Origin: Dendrobates tinctorius
Lineage: Eukaryota
DNA length: 64,000 nt
Assembly (NCBI RefSeq): GCF_039654945.1
Contig: NW_027361672.1
Coordinates: 14,074,001 to 14,138,000, forward strand
Direction of reading: 5' to 3'
Part shown: piece by piece, positions 38,043 through 52,114 of the stretch
Layout: every line of letters starts with the position of its first letter
How positions within the stretch are numbered: the first letter of the stretch is position 1
Position numbers and translations under genes: made by a program
The notes under the pieces: generated by a model
Told to the model about the DNA's origin: nothing
What the model saw: the letters and a program-made list of their open reading frames with translations, nothing else
Database searches by the model: none

Positions 38043-41000
38043 AGGGCTCCGAGCCTGGGGGACGCCACCCGGAGCCTGAACAGTCACGAAGGAGCATCAG
38101 AAGTCCCTCAAATTTAGTCTCAACATGCCCTCAAGTCTGGGCCGAAATTGACCGTCAAGCAGCACGTTGTCTGGTGGATACTGGTTCACTTGTGACTATG
38201 ATGCCTGAAACCTACTTCCGGCGACACTTTCCTGAGGCAATGCAACCTGAGTGGGGTCCAGTGATAAAATTGACAGCTGCCAATCACTTGCCCATCCTGG
38301 TCGCAGGGGTGGTCTGGATGCAAATAACCATCTGCGGCAAAGACCTGGGTTGGAAGGGAGTGGTGTTGACAATTGGAGAAGCAGGTAACAGACATGCGGT
38401 CATCCGGGGGTTGAACGTGCTGAAGGAATTCGGGAGTCTCTTCATCAATGAGCCCTCAGATGTTACCTTGAAGCAGTGGAGCCCGCACACTCCCCAAAGG
38501 AGAGTATTCCAACAGTTAAACAGTGTAGCTCAAGCGGAGTCAGCTAGTGATGGAGGGACGTTCGGAAAGGTGATTGTACCAGCCTCTGCTAGACTCGTTT
38601 TGCCACCAGGACAGTGCTTACCCTGCCTGTACGGGCTTGTACCACTCTGGAAGGAGTTGAGATACAGATCGAGCCAGCTACTATGGAACAACTGCCCCCA
38701 GGGCTCCTTGTGGTGTGAACACTAGCCATTGTACATGACAGGACTGTCTCAGTATGCTGTGTCAATTGGAGAGAAGATAACATGATGCGGTCTCCCAAAA
38801 GTAAAGTGGCGCGGATTCTGGGCATGCCAGAAGAATTGATATAACCACAGGCCGTGCAATTGATGGTGAAACAAGGACATCCTTGGATCGTGGCTGTAGA
38901 TACGTCTCTGACACCAGAACCCCAGCATTTACGAGAGGGGCGTCATATATTAGAACAGATGCGGGCCAAGCTGGCAGACCTTACTCCGCTACAGATCCAG
39001 CAGGTGGAAGCTTTACTGGGGCGATATCAGGATGTGTTCGCACGTCATGAGGATTTTGGCTGCATTACAGCAATCACACATGAGATTCCGACTGGGAATG
39101 TCGCACCCATAAGATAGCGGTACAGTCAAATTCCATCGCAACTATATCAAGAGGTGAAAGGTATGCTAACTAGATGCTGCAAAAAGGCATCATATGGGAG
39201 AGTCCAAGTCCGTGGGCCGCCCCCATCATGCTAGTGCGAAAGTAGGATGGTACACTACGTTTTTGTGTAGACTATCGCAAACTCAATGCCTGCACCATGT
39301 GAGATTCCTATCCATTTCCCTGGATTGAAGAATCCTTGTCTGCACTAGGAAGCACCAAATTCTTTTCATCGTTAGATCTAGCCAGCGGCTATTGGCAGGT
39401 GCTGATGTCTGAGCAGGATTGGTCAAAGACCCCCTTCATACTCCCCATGGGACTATATGAATTCAACCGGATGCCGTTCAGTCTGGCCAATGCCCCTGGA
39501 ACTTTTCAACGGTTGATGGAGAGATGTTTAGGTGATGAACTTTGAAGCCACGCTCATTTATTTAGACGACATCATTGTATATGCCCTTCATTTGAAGAAA
39601 ATTTACAAAGACTGGAACAGGTGTTGAGCAGCCTTCAAAGACACGGTTTAAAAGTAAAGCCTCAGAAATGTCATCTGTTGCGCACTCAAATCGAGAATCT
39701 GGGCCATGTCATCTCTGCTAATGGGGTGAAACCGTCCCGAGAGACAATTGCTGCAGTGCAGGATTGGAGTATCCCGACGACTGTGAAAGACGTCCGAGCA
39801 TTCTTGGGGCTGACCAGGTATTATCGGCGTTTTGTGAAGAATTTTATCCACATAGTGAACTCGCTGTTAGAACTTTTATAGGCAGTGCCCTCAAGCGCCA
39901 AGAATCGGACTATCCAATGGGGAGACCATCAGGAAAAGGCATTTCAAGCTCTGAAGAAGGCATAGACTGAAGCACCAGTGTTGGCTTATGTTGACTTCTC
40001 TCAACCATTTATTCTCCACACAGACGGAAGCTTGCATGGACTTGGGGCTCTGTTGTAGCAGATGCAGGACGGGAGAGAGAGGGTGATCGCTTATGCGAGT
40101 CGGTCCCTTCATGATTCCAAATGAAATCCTGACACAATTCCTTCAAACTAGAGCTGCTGATGTTGGTGTCGGTATAAAGGAGAAGTTTGCGAAATACCTA
40201 TCTGGGACTGAAGTACTGGTGCGCACCGATTATAACCCTTTGGCCCATCTGGAAAATGTGAAAGTAGGAGCTATGGCACAATGATGGGTGGCTAGGATGG
40301 CAAAGTTTTGATATAAAAATACCTACAAGAGAGGGGCTGAGAATACTCATGCTGACGCCTTATCCAGAGTGAAACATGGGAAACCTGGGTACAGCCGAGA
40401 TGAGGAATTAGAAGATGAGGAGATTCCCAAGTTCTGAGAATTCTGCCAGGATGGTGGCAGCTATGCAGGAGCAGGTGCAAGTGTTGGCCCAAGAGGGTGT
40501 CTTGGGATGATCCCATGATGAGTGGGTTTGGTTACAACAGGAAGATGGTGAACATGCTATCAAGACAGTGGGTAACGTCTAAGCAACTTCCCAGTCAGAG
40601 ATAGAGAGATGCCCTGTCTCCAGAGACTCTGTGCGACAGTGGGAAAGACTTCAAATGAGAACTGGACTGCTATATCGGAAGGTCCAACTTCAACAGGAGC
40701 TGGGTGTCACGTGGCAAGTGGTAATTCCGGAGACCCTCTTTTCCAAGGTGGCCACAGAGGCGCATGAAAGGGGAGCACGCTTCGGCCAAGAGAAAACCTT
40801 TCAGTGGTTACAAAGGTTACTTTATCATCCTCGGCTGAAGGCTATAATGGAAGAGACCTCTAGGCTGTGCAGAAGCTGTGAATTGGCAAAACCACCAGAG
40901 CAGAGAGCTCCCACACAAATCAGTGTGACTTCTGCTCCTCTGGAGGTGCTGATGACAGACTATATGACTATTGGGCCGGCTCATCAGGGGTACGAGCATT

Positions 41001-41734
41001 GTCTGGTAATGACGGACCAGACCACTTTACAAAGTTCGCTGTCATGACCCCAACACGTGATCAGACTGCTGAATCCGCCACGCATGCCATTTGTAAGAAT
41101 TTCATTCAAGTGTACGGTTGCCCAAAGTGAATACACTCCGACCAGGTGGCCTGTTTTCTAGGAAAAGTAATAGAAGAGTTATACCGTCTGCACCAGATCG
41201 AGAAGTCTTGCACAACGCCATATCATCCTCAGGGAAATGGAGCCTGTGAATTGTTCAACCGCACCCTAATTTAAATGCTGAGAACACTTGAAGAAGACCA
41301 GAAGGCCCGATGACCCGAGTTCATAGCTGAGTTAGTATGGGAGTACAATAACCGAACACATCAAACCACTGGTTAAACTACGTATACCTTGCTATTTGGC
41401 CATTCAGGAAAAGAGATCACAGAGCTGGAGCTGGATCCAGAGGAAGACTACCCACGGATGGGTGTCCACCTGGGTCCGAGAACATCATCAGCGTCTACAG
41501 ACTTTACATCCCCTGGTGCTGACTAGATTTCAGGAATTGGAGCATGCAGAAAAAACTCCTCTGCAGGGGACAGATCTCCACGCTGGAGACCATGTGAAAT
41601 GGCAAATCAACTCTGAAGGGCCCGTTTACGAAATTCAGCCTCAGGGAGGAGAGAACTATGCCACTCGTAAAGTTCACCGGAACATGCTTCGGCCCTGTCT
41701 GTCAAGAGACCTTGATCAAGTGGAAGAGGTGTAA
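38024..41734 (+). pseudogene. pol: Gypsy pol (PR-RT-RNaseH-IN), disrupted
   Basis: LVDTGS, LDLASGYWQ, MPFSLANAPGTFQRLM, YLDD (tatttagacgac ~39559), VRAFLGL, TDYNPL, integrase Zn and core remnants. Confidence 0.92.
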
Positions 41735-43331
41735 GATGCTTCTGAAGTACCCCCACCAGTCATAGTAGATTGTGAAGAGGAAGAAAGTCCTGAACAGCCA
41801 TCCGAAGATCTACGGGAGGGACAAGTACCTGAAGTTCCCGAGGAGTCTGCCCCAGTGGAAACAGACGCGCTCCCGCCCTCACCTATGCAACCTGACTCAA
41901 CCACCCAATGCGAATCGGCTACTCTTTCTGACTTACGGCGCTCCGAACGAACAACAGCTGGAATACCCCCCAAGCGATACAATCAGGACCAATTTATTTG
42001 GCAATGTCTTGTCCAAGAACTAGAAGATTGCCAAAGCATTTTACAAGAACACTCGCCCATGGAATGGCGAGCAAAAGAAGAGGGGGAGTGTAAGAAGATT
42101 GACCGGGCCGGTGGTACCTCTCTTGCGCCAATTCCGGAACTGTTGGGGTTGTCACCATTGTTGCTGAGGGGGAAAACTTTCTGACCTGGACAGACCTTTG
42201 CACTCGACAGTAGGGGGCGTGTCATGGATAAAAGGGACAGTGCGCGGGAAAGCAGGACACTTGGCGGGAAGGCAGAGTATGCAGCAGGAGAAGGTTGGTT
42301 CACTCTCCTTGGAGCGACACGATAGCTCAGGCCCACATTGTAGTTCCCCGGCCTATGCACTGACTGTGAGCAACAAGTAGCTGTGTGCCTGATCATCCCT
42401 GTCACCGAGAATCCATCTCGCACAGTTCCACTGATTGCTGAGGGCGCGCGACGTAAGACTGACCTGGTGATTCAAACAGAGTTGAGTAGTTTCACCCCCC
42501 TGCCTCTGCCGCTGAACTGAGTCACACTCCGACGGTTCCACGGACTGTGCCACATCACATACATCGTCCCAGGAATGCAGGGCTTCACCTAGGAGAGCCA
42601 GGATATGCCGCCTTCCTTGGGACACAGTTCCTCAACTTTCTTCAGGACCACCCCAGAGACTTCACGAGTCCCTTGCGTGGGCGCCGCCGTTGGATTTCAA
42701 GCCTTCACAGCCCGGAAACCAACAGACTGATAAGTTTACCAGTTTCATGAACAATTGTTCTTTCCCAGATATATTATCCAATTTTACTCCCTAGTAACCC
42801 ATTCTCTCCCTGTGTAGAGTATTCCCTGTAATAAACCCTTTAACTCTTGCTCTGCCTCCTGCTCGTCACTGTATCCTGTGTACCTGCTATCTCACACCCG
42901 CATAATTAAATGCCAATGTCAGAGAGTGACAGTGGCATTTAACATGTTAGCAGGTGTGGTGGATCTTGATTCCACTTGTGGCTATTAGGGGCACAATGAC
43001 AGCTGATCAAGTCAGCTGTCATGTGCTTGAAAAGATGCGGGCTCAGCGCCAGAGGCCACATCAAAGAGGGGTGGTGACATATCTATGTATTTCTTGAACT
43101 AACCATTCGAAGCCCATGTGGATAAAATAATTTACCATCTTATTGCTACTTGCAGAAAAATATATTTAGGCTACATTCCCACAATGAGGCTTTGGTGAGT
43201 TTTTGGTGTTGCAGATTTTTTTGCTGAATTTCTTCACCTGTTAATTAAATAGGGTTACTTGCATATTTTTTATTGCGTTTTTTTCCGTGTGTTTTTATTG
43301 CAGTTTTGGCACTGTAGTTTGTCTTTATTTG

Positions 43332-43998
43332 ATACTAGATGGTGGCCCGATTCTAACGCATAGGGTACTCTAGAATATGTATGTAGTTTATTTAAAGGGA
43401 ATCTGTCTCCTCATTTTTGCCTGATAAGTCCCTGATGGTGGTGGCCCCAGCTTATCTACAGCATTCTGTAATGCTGTAGATAAGCCCCAGATGAAACCTG
43501 AAAAATAAGAAAAATAGGTTATATTATACTCACCAGGGCTGATAAAGTATGCATGCGCAGGAGCCGAGGGAGAAGCAAGGAGGAAGATGTCATCGTATGA
43601 AGATGGGAGGCGCCGGACGGGACGGCGACACCCATCGGACCGGACCAAACGCTGGGGTTAGTATAATCTATTTTTTGTTATCTTTCAAGTTTCATCGGGG
43701 GCTTATCTACAGCATTACAGAATGCTGTAGATAAGCCAAAAATGGGGTGACAGATCCCCTTTAAATTCTGCGCCAATATCGCTGATTGCGGCAAATCCAT
43801 GTGGCAGGAGATGACCCGCGGCAACCGTCGGGAGGTCAGATCTCCCGGTGGTAGCGGTGGCGTGCGTCATTCGAATTCCGTGCCAATTCGAGGCCGGACT
43901 GCGCCTGTCGCCTGATTGGTCGCGGCCGGCTGGGTGCGACCAATCAGCGACGAGGGATTTCCGTTACAGACACAGAATTAGACGATTATATAGTAGAT
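43332..43998 (+). mobile_element. Helentron/DINE-1-like non-autonomous element
   Basis: atactagatggtggcccg start and attatatagtagat end, with short acag repeats near the 3' end; family assignment is from recalled terminal patterns. Confidence 0.5.
43396..43760. mobile_element. Kolobok/T2-like MITE
   Basis: ttaa-agggaatctgtc...gacagatcccct-ttaa. Confidence 0.85.
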
Positions 43999-44859
43999 GT
44001 CATGTTGTAAACAGGCCTGCTTTTCTTTTAATGCTTCCTTTCATTTGGCCTTGACAAAACTTTATTTACACAGTCATGTGCGGATTACATGCGTCTTGGA
44101 AGCTTTTCCGCTGGAGCAACGCACTAAAAATGCATGTGCATTTTTCCCTGCGGATTTACTGCATCTAATGTAAGTCTACGGGGAAAATCTGCACATAAAA
44201 CTCTGTGTATGCACAAGAGAAACTGATGTTATATATTTGAAACACGCACTGCAGCTCAGGTTATGTTGAGTAAAACAAAGCACAGAGGGCAGGAGATTTC
44301 TTTAAATCCCATCCACTTTGCTGGAACTGTAAGACGCTGCATTTATGACGCAGTGTAAATGAACAGCATCAAAAATTCACCTAAAACTTATTGTGGGGGC
44401 ACAGCCTTTGATATTTCTTGTGCTACAGATTCAGGGGAGAGGAGGGAGTTTTCCAAGAAGGAAAAGATTTTGCCAACGTCAGATTCATGAATATATGAAT
44501 GAGTGTGGAAATTGTACAATAGTAAATTGGAAATTGATTAGCTCTGTGTTGTGGATTGATGATATTCTGACTGTTGGACAAATATAGAAAGGCAAGCACA
44601 TTTTATTCATTTGTTTGGCTAATAATTCAAGTAAGCTATGTTAATATGTTTTTAGTATTTATGAGCTAAAAGTAATTAAAGCTATACCCTAAGGTTATGC
44701 AGTTCAGTGGTAAAGTTGATGGATGGAGACTGTTTACGTTAGATTTGTAGCTACTGGACATTTCATAACAGCAGATTTAAGGCTTATTATGGTGCCACTT
44801 ACAAGAATAGGATAGATGTGTGTATGTTCTGGCAGGTATCTGTTGAGGTGTTATTACGG

Positions 44860-45612
44860 TACCTTTACCCTGTGCCAGACGTTACACTGATTTTGCCCAT
44901 CTGATATAGAGTCGAATATAAACTCATCACTTTCATCCACAAAGCGCTCCACGCTTCAGCCCCACCCTACATCTCCTCCCTTGTCTCAATCTACCACCGT
45001 TCCTGTGTGCCCTGTTCTGCTATTGATCTAAGATTAACAACCTCAATAATCCAAACCTACCACTCCCTCCTCCAAGACTTCTTGGAGCTGCGCCAATTCT
45101 TTGGAATACACTACCCAGGACAGTTTTTCATAATTCCCAATACCCACAGTTTTAAGCATGCCCTAAAATCACATTTCTTTACATTGGCCTATCGCCTCAA
45201 CATACTTATCTTACTAGCCCTGTTTTGTCCATACATAATTTTTTTCAAAACTAAGCCCCTGGTATAATTTATTCTCACACTCTACATGCAATTAATAGCC
45301 CTCCGTATCTGTACTTTTACACCTACTGGTTGGTTACGGGTTCATGCGGCATTACGTGAACACCCTATTTATTGCATTGAAGGCTGGACCATACTATACA
45401 AGCAATTGTTACCATCCACCTTTCGTGTCTCCTCTATTTCCTCATAGATTGCAAGCTTGCCAGTAGGACCCTCATTCCTCTTGGTATCTGTTGATTTATG
45501 TGATTATTGTTATTCTGTAATGTCTTTTATTGTCTATACAATTCTCCTCTGAAATATAATATGCTGCGGAATATGTTGGCGCTAGAAATAAAATTATTAC
45601 TATTATTAGTAA
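44860..45612 (+). mobile_element. Old L2 3' fragment
   Basis: LQDF, FKHALKSHFF remnants; 3'UTR ending gcggaatatgttggcgct with a (TTA)n tail; another 3' end at 54690-54840. Confidence 0.8.
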
Positions 45613-46447
45613 TAAGTATCTGTAGAGGTGACATCACTGGCACCACACAATTTCCAATACAGAAGTGAGGAGCATTGGAATGACCATTTAAGTTCCAGTT
45701 CTTATTTCTCTTTTGTCTCTGCATCATGACTATATAAGTAAACTTCCCATTTATACCTTATAGAGAAAAAAAGGAGCCAAATGGGGTTTATCCGCACTGC
45801 TGGTAGCCAATGAAGATCCAAATGGAAGTATAATAATAAAGAATTTTTTATTTCAGATTTTTCAGTCAACATGTTTCATAGTCATTCCAGACTTCTTCCT
45901 CAGGACACAAACCATATTTGAGAAGAAAAAAAAATCAAAGATGCAAAAGTTACAAAATGTCTGGTCGTGAAAGCTTATTCTGCTACAGATATTATTAACT
46001 TAAGCCAACTTTGATATGAAGTATTACATTTTTGCCATGAAAAAGATTGGCTCCTGGCATAACAGGCAGAAGCGTCTCTGTTCTTTTCTAATAGAATCTA
46101 GTCCTGTCCTTGGAATTGAATATACAACTCTCACAAGGATCCATATTTACACCTATTTTAAAGCAGCGTAAGTTTAATACTTATACAATACTTTATATGG
46201 TAACTTATACTTTATATGATAACTTAGAAATATTATAATATTATAATATAGTTAATAAGAGAATTTCACAAAATAACACTTTTATATTAAAGAAAGTCCT
46301 TGGAAAAAGCTAATCTGTGCCCTGTCCACTTTAAAATCTAAGGGTGAGCATTTCACCTTGTGGAGAGTACCAAACTTGTTTAAGGAGACTTATAGGCCAT
46401 GCAATGCTCCTCTAGGCTCAGCTAACCAAATCAGATCTCCTGCTTTA

Positions 46448-46646
46448 GGCCACGTTCCTATGTTCAGTATTTGGTCAGTATTTTACATCAGTATTTGTAA
46501 GACAAAACAAGGAGTGGAACAATCACAGGAAATCACAGTACAATAGAAACAAGTGCACCAATTCTACGATGTTCACCCACTCCTGGTTTTGTCTTACAAA
46601 TACGGATGGAAAATACTGACCAAATACTGAACGTGTGAACGTGGCC
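46448..46646. mobile_element. Harbinger-like MITE
   Basis: ggccacgttc...gaacgtggcc palindrome with tta flanks. Confidence 0.75.
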
Positions 46647-46872
46647 TTACATAGATGAGGGCCAGATGCTCCAAAACATGTGTGTGCAAATGGAGTATCG
46701 GGTTTGGCTTTCTGTCCTATGTCGTGTGGAAGGCTCGTCAAATGGTCACTAACACATAGGATTGCTACATTCAATCAGTGGCGGTAGAGTTCAAGACCTC
46801 TTCCTCTCTGAGCAGGTTTAGCATTGCTTTGATCTACTATCCCACTTTTCATTACTCACTTCATATTTCTTA

Positions 46873-47278
46873 GGGTACCGTTACACCTAGCGATGCACCA
46901 GCGATCCCGACTAGCGATATGACGCGGTCAGGATCGCTGGTGCATCGCTAGGTGGTCGCTAGTGAGCTGCCACTCAGGCAGATCTCACCAGCGACATCGC
47001 TGGGGACGGGGATCGCTACTTACCTGTCAGATGCGGCGATCCTGCGTCCTCCCGCCCGGCTCCACGCGTCGCTCGTCGGCGCCACAGGAAGCCCAGTAGG
47101 AAGTGACCAACGAGGAATGGTCCAGCAGCTCCTCGCGCGATCAGCAATAACCAGCGGGGGAGCCGGTCGGAGGTAAGTATCACATGCAGATATATCGCTA
47201 GCAATATCGCTGTAACGTCACAAAATCGGTGACTTTACAGCGATTTTGCTAGCGATATCGCAGTGTGTAACGGGGGCT
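46873..47278. mobile_element. Harbinger-like MITE (family of 22808)
   Basis: High identity to 22808-23178. Confidence 0.75.
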
Positions 47279-48984
47279 TGACGAAGCATCCATGTATTTT
47301 TCAATGCTGTGCATAAGTAGACATAATTCACGCTGTGTTTTTTTCATTTATGCTTTGCAGAGTAAATAATATTCAGCAGCCATATGTAAAATTATAAGGA
47401 ATTACAGCTAGTTCAATGGTTAATGGAGCCTTGTGCAAATGAGCCTAAAATACAAAGGATAAAGATTTGCAGTTTGCAAAAAGCAAAGGTCTTCAGAACA
47501 AACCATTAGAAACATTGTCCGGATCATGGCAAATCAGTGTAAAAGCATTTTCCTTTTAATATGATCGCCCTATAACTGGGATTCATTTAAGCAGCATCTT
47601 GTGGTAGCTTGGGAAGTAATTTCCATTTATTTTATGCCATTACAGTTTACATTTCTATATAAGTAGAAAGAAACCTGGACCAAAAAGCACCTATTAAGAA
47701 AACAGGATTTATAGTCCCATCAATTCTGATGATCTTTTCTCCAGCATTGACACATCTATTCTAGTAGTAATCACTACTAGAAAACAGCCTGCCGACTCAC
47801 CGACGCTACTACTCTGTGAATAAGACAAGAAACCTGTAACATTAGTCTTTTGGGAGTTTTATTTGACTGAATAGAGCGCACTGAAAATGAAAGGTCTTTA
47901 AAGGGATATTCTCATGTTATTACATTGCTTTAGTTAGGCAGAGAAAGCAAGTTAATTGAAATCTTGTTTATTTTCCTGCTATCTGCTGTCACTCTCCTGC
48001 AATAAGAGCTTTTATCTTACATAGTGTACAACTTGTTTACAAGAAGCTTGGTTACCAGTGTGCAGCCAAGTGTTTGCGGTAGTTATATTCCAGGAGAGAA
48101 GTTAAAGGGCGTCTTAACACAGAATGACTCTAAAATTCAAGTACAGTTGCTTGGTGCACCCTTGGCATGGCCAAACATTAAAGGGCACCTTTTCCCTACT
48201 TGATTTCCCTTTTCCCCACTACCCCCCTTTTCTTTGATTAGCAACTTTAGCTTTTTAGAGCCAGAGGAGGGAGGAGATAGCAGTAAAGCAAGTGTGTGGG
48301 AAGGTGCACTGAACTGTTTGGCCATACCAAGGGTGTACAAGATGCCTGTACTTGGTTTGGATGGAATATTCTTTAGGTTTGGAAGACTCCCTTTAACTCC
48401 TAACATCCCAGTCAGTGATTTTTATGCAGCAGTTGTCTGCTCAGGTCCCTTATGCTCTCAGCTCCCCTCAGGCCTATTAACACTCATGTAGAATCACAAT
48501 CCCTTTTGACGCAGCATCAGCAGTTTCCAGAGCAGTTCTTCTAATCTTAGCTCTCACTTCCTGAGCTGGTTGTTTGTTCGAAATCCATGTTATCTCTATA
48601 TGTAAATGAAAAATGAAGCCACAAACCAGAGCTGTCACTTAATGAAGAGCACCAGCCCCCAGGAAGTAAAGCGATTGTAAGGAGACTGCTGAACTATCAG
48701 TTACTCTAGAGACAACTTGAGAATACCTTTTTTACATCCTGTACAAGCAGTTATAGTGTGCAGAGCTGTCACCTAATCTGAAGCAGCTACCATTTTCACC
48801 AGATCATCAGTTGGCCATTTCCATTTATGGCATAGTATTATTGATACTTTCAGAAATAGTTGTTGCAAATCTAATCTGCTTTAAAGAGAAGAGCGTAACT
48901 TGTTCATTAACCCTCGAATGATGAAGCTAGTTTTGGCGTTTGTGACCAGGCCCCACTTTTCAATTCTGATATGTGTCACTTTTC

Positions 48985-51053
48985 TATTATTATTATCGTG
49001 CATTTGTATAGCGCCATTTATTCCATGGCGCTTTACATGTGAAAAGGGGAAATATAGACAAGTATAATAAACATGTGTAAGACAAGGGACACACAAGTAC
49101 ATAAGGAGAGGGGACCCTGCCCGCGAGGGCTCACAGTCTACAGGGATGGGTGAGGATACAGTAGGAGAGGGTAGAGCAGGTCATGCGGTGGTTCAGTAGA
49201 CCGAGGATCATTGCAGGCTGTAGGCTTGTCGGAACAGGTGGGTCTTCAGGTTCTTCTTGAAGGTTTACGTTGATGGTGAGAGTCTGATGTGTTGCGGCAG
49301 AGTTCCAGAGTATGGAGGAAGCACGGGAGAAGTCTTGTATGCGGTTGTGGGAAGAAGAGATAAGGGGAGAGTAGAGAAGGAGATCTTGAGATGATCGAAG
49401 GTTGCGTGCGGGTAGGTACCTGGAGACCATGTCACGGATGTATGGAGGAGACAGGTTGTGGATGGCTTTGTATGACATGGTTAGGGTTTTGAATTGGAGC
49501 CTTTGGGCAATAGGAAGCCAGTGAAGGACCTGGCATAGGGGGGAGGCTGGGGAGTAGCGGGGAGGCAGGTGGATTAGTTGGGCTGCAGAGAGTAGGATGG
49601 ACTGGAGTGGTGCCAGAGTGCTAGAGGGGAGGCCAGAGAGGAGGAGGTTGCAGTAGTTGAGGCGGGAGATGATAAAAGCATGCACTAGTGTTTTTGTGGT
49701 TTCGTGGTTGAGGAATGAGCGGATCTGGGAAATATTTTAGAGTTTGAGGCGGCAGGAGGAGGCGAGGGCTTGGATATGTGGTTTGAAAGAGAGCGCAGAG
49801 TCGAGGATCACCCCAAGGCACCGAGTGTGCGGGACTGGGGAAAGAGAGCAGCCATTGACATTGATGGATAGATCTGGTGGAGGGGTAGAGTGAGATGGGG
49901 GAAAGATGATGTATTCTGTTTTGTCCATGTTCAGTTTGAGAAAGCGAGCAGAGAAGGAGGCTGAGATAGCAGACAGACATTGTGGGATTTCGATCAGTAA
50001 AGAGGTGAGGTTAGGTCCAGATAGGTAGATCTGTGTGTCATCAGCAGAGAGGTGATACTGCAAACAGTGGGATTCTATGAGCTGTCCCAAGACGAAGGTA
50101 TAGATGGAGAATAGTAGGGGTCCTAGGACAGAGCCTTGAGGAACACCTACAGACAGGGGGTGAGGTGAGGAGGTGGTGTGTGAGAGGGAGACACAATGTT
50201 CGGTCTGTTAGATATGACGAGATCCAGGATAGGGCCAAGTCTGTGATGCCAAGAGATGAGAGAATCTGTAGCAGGAGGGAATGGTCCACGGTGTCGAAGG
50301 CAGAGGACAGATCCAGGAGAAGGAGGACAGAGTAGTGTCGCTTGCTCTTGGCGGTTAGTAAGTCGTTGGTGACTTTAGTTAGGGCAGTTTCAGTTGAGTG
50401 ATGCGGTCGGAAGCCAGATTGTAACCGGTCAAAGAGGGAACAGGAGGACAGTTCAAGATATACATGCTGTTCCAGTAGTTTTGAAGCGTAAGGGAGAAGA
50501 GATATCGGGCGATAGTTATACACAGAGGATGGGTCAAGGGAGGGCTTTTTGAGAATGGGTGTGATTGAGGCATGTTTGAAGGCTGAGGGAAAGACACCAT
50601 TTGTAAATGAAAGGTTGAAGAGGTGTGTTAGAGATGGGATGAAGACTGTGGCCAAGTTAGGGATGAGGTGGGACGGGAGTGGGTCGAGGGCACAAGTGGT
50701 GAGGTGTGATCTTGACAGAAGGGTGGAGAGCTGATCTTCTGTCATGATGGAGAAGCTGGCTTTTGCAGAACAGGGCTGAGCGGCTAAGAGGGGCATTGGG
50801 GGCTGCGGGCCAAAGTTTTGTCTGATCGTATCGATCTTCTGCTTAAAGAAGGAGGCAAAGTCTTCAGCAGAAATGAGAGGAGAGGGAGGAGGTGCTGTGG
50901 GATGGAGTAGAGAATTGAAAGTGTTGAAGAGCAGTTTAGGGTTGTGATCCAGGGAGGATATGAGAGATGCAAAGTAAATTTGTTTTGTGGCAGAGAGCGT
51001 GGACTTAAAGCTGGCAAGGGACTGCTTGTATGCGTTGAAGTGCTCAGTAGAAT
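48985..51053 (-). mobile_element. L2 LINE, 5'-truncated, frameshifted RT
   Basis: [46 protein letters not shown]; short TAA tail near 48985. Confidence 0.93.
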
Positions 51054-51331
51054 GTAATCTAATAATAACTCTAAATGCTACTACTTATCCAAGTAATTCT
51101 GATATTGTTTTTTGTGACATATTATACTTTCTGTTAGGGCTCATACTCACTTGCGAGAGACTCGCACGATTCTCGTGCGAGTCTCTCGCATGAAAACCTG
51201 GCACTGCCGCCAGCACTCGGACCGGAGCGTGCGGCTACATGTATTTCTATGCAGCTGCACGCTCCAGTCCAAGTGCCGGCAGCAGTGCCGGCTTTTCATG
51301 CGAGAGAGGATTAAAAAGATATATGTGACAT

Positions 51332-52114
51332 GCACATGTTTTTAATCCTTTTTTTCCGTGCTCAGCACGGTTTGGGAGACCCCACCCTCCTCCTTTGTGA
51401 CATGCACATAAATGAGCTGTCTTTCACCAACAAGCCCATATACTGGGAAGCGCCTGTCTGTATCCTGTTCATTCAGACACTGTTCACATGTTCAGGTTTT
51501 GAATACATTAGATAGGGACTGCTTCGTGAAGGGTTACCGTGAAGTGGTGAAGCAGCTTGGTATGTATTTTTTGCAAAAAATGTGTCGACTAAATATCCTG
51601 TATTTGTTATACAGCACTTGCTGATTACTTTTATATGTTTTTGACTGCAGAGTATTTTTTCAAATTTGTCATTTTGTGCTCTCTTGTTGTGGTTCAGCCA
51701 TTGGGTGGTGTGGGCATTGTCTTACCGACTTGTTCACACTTGTGCATGTCACATATATGTTTTTAATTCTTTTTTTCCGTGCTCAGCACGGTTTGGGAGA
51801 CCCCACCCTCCTCCTTTGTGACATGCACATAAATGAGCTGTCTTTCACCAACAAGCCCATATACTAGGAAGCGCCTGTCTGTATCCTGTTCATTCAGACA
51901 CTGTTCACATGTTCAGGTTTTGAATACATTAGATAGGGACTGCTTTGTGAAGGGTTACCGTGAAGTGCTGAAGCAGCTTGGTATGTATTTTTTGCAAAAA
52001 ATGTGTCGACTAAATACCCTGTATTTGTTATAAGCACTTGCTGATTACTTTTATATGTTTTTTACTGCAGAGTATTTTTTCAAATTTGTCATTTTGTGCT
52101 CTCTTGTTGTGGTT
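51332..52114. repeat. Tandem duplication, ~421-bp period, about 1.9 copies
   Basis: 51360 gctcagcacgg matches 51781; both copies end ctcttgttgtggtt. Confidence 0.9.

Larger units (their letters stand above)
35491..42896 (+). mobile_element. Full-length decayed Ty3/Gypsy LTR retrotransposon
   Basis: 5' LTR 35491-37131 (interrupted), 3' LTR 42089-42896, TG...CA ends, TSD cccg, PBS, PPT aaaagaagagggggag. Confidence 0.95.
43169..44406. mobile_element. Harbinger-like MITE hosting nested elements
   Basis: TIRs ggctacattcccacaat / attgtgggggcacagcc. Confidence 0.6.

Noticed and set aside
48137-48491. Overlapping 85-89-aa ORFs in apparently unique DNA
   Set aside because: No recognisable homology or convincing splice sites; a + strand exon candidate at ~48006-48140 is too weak to call
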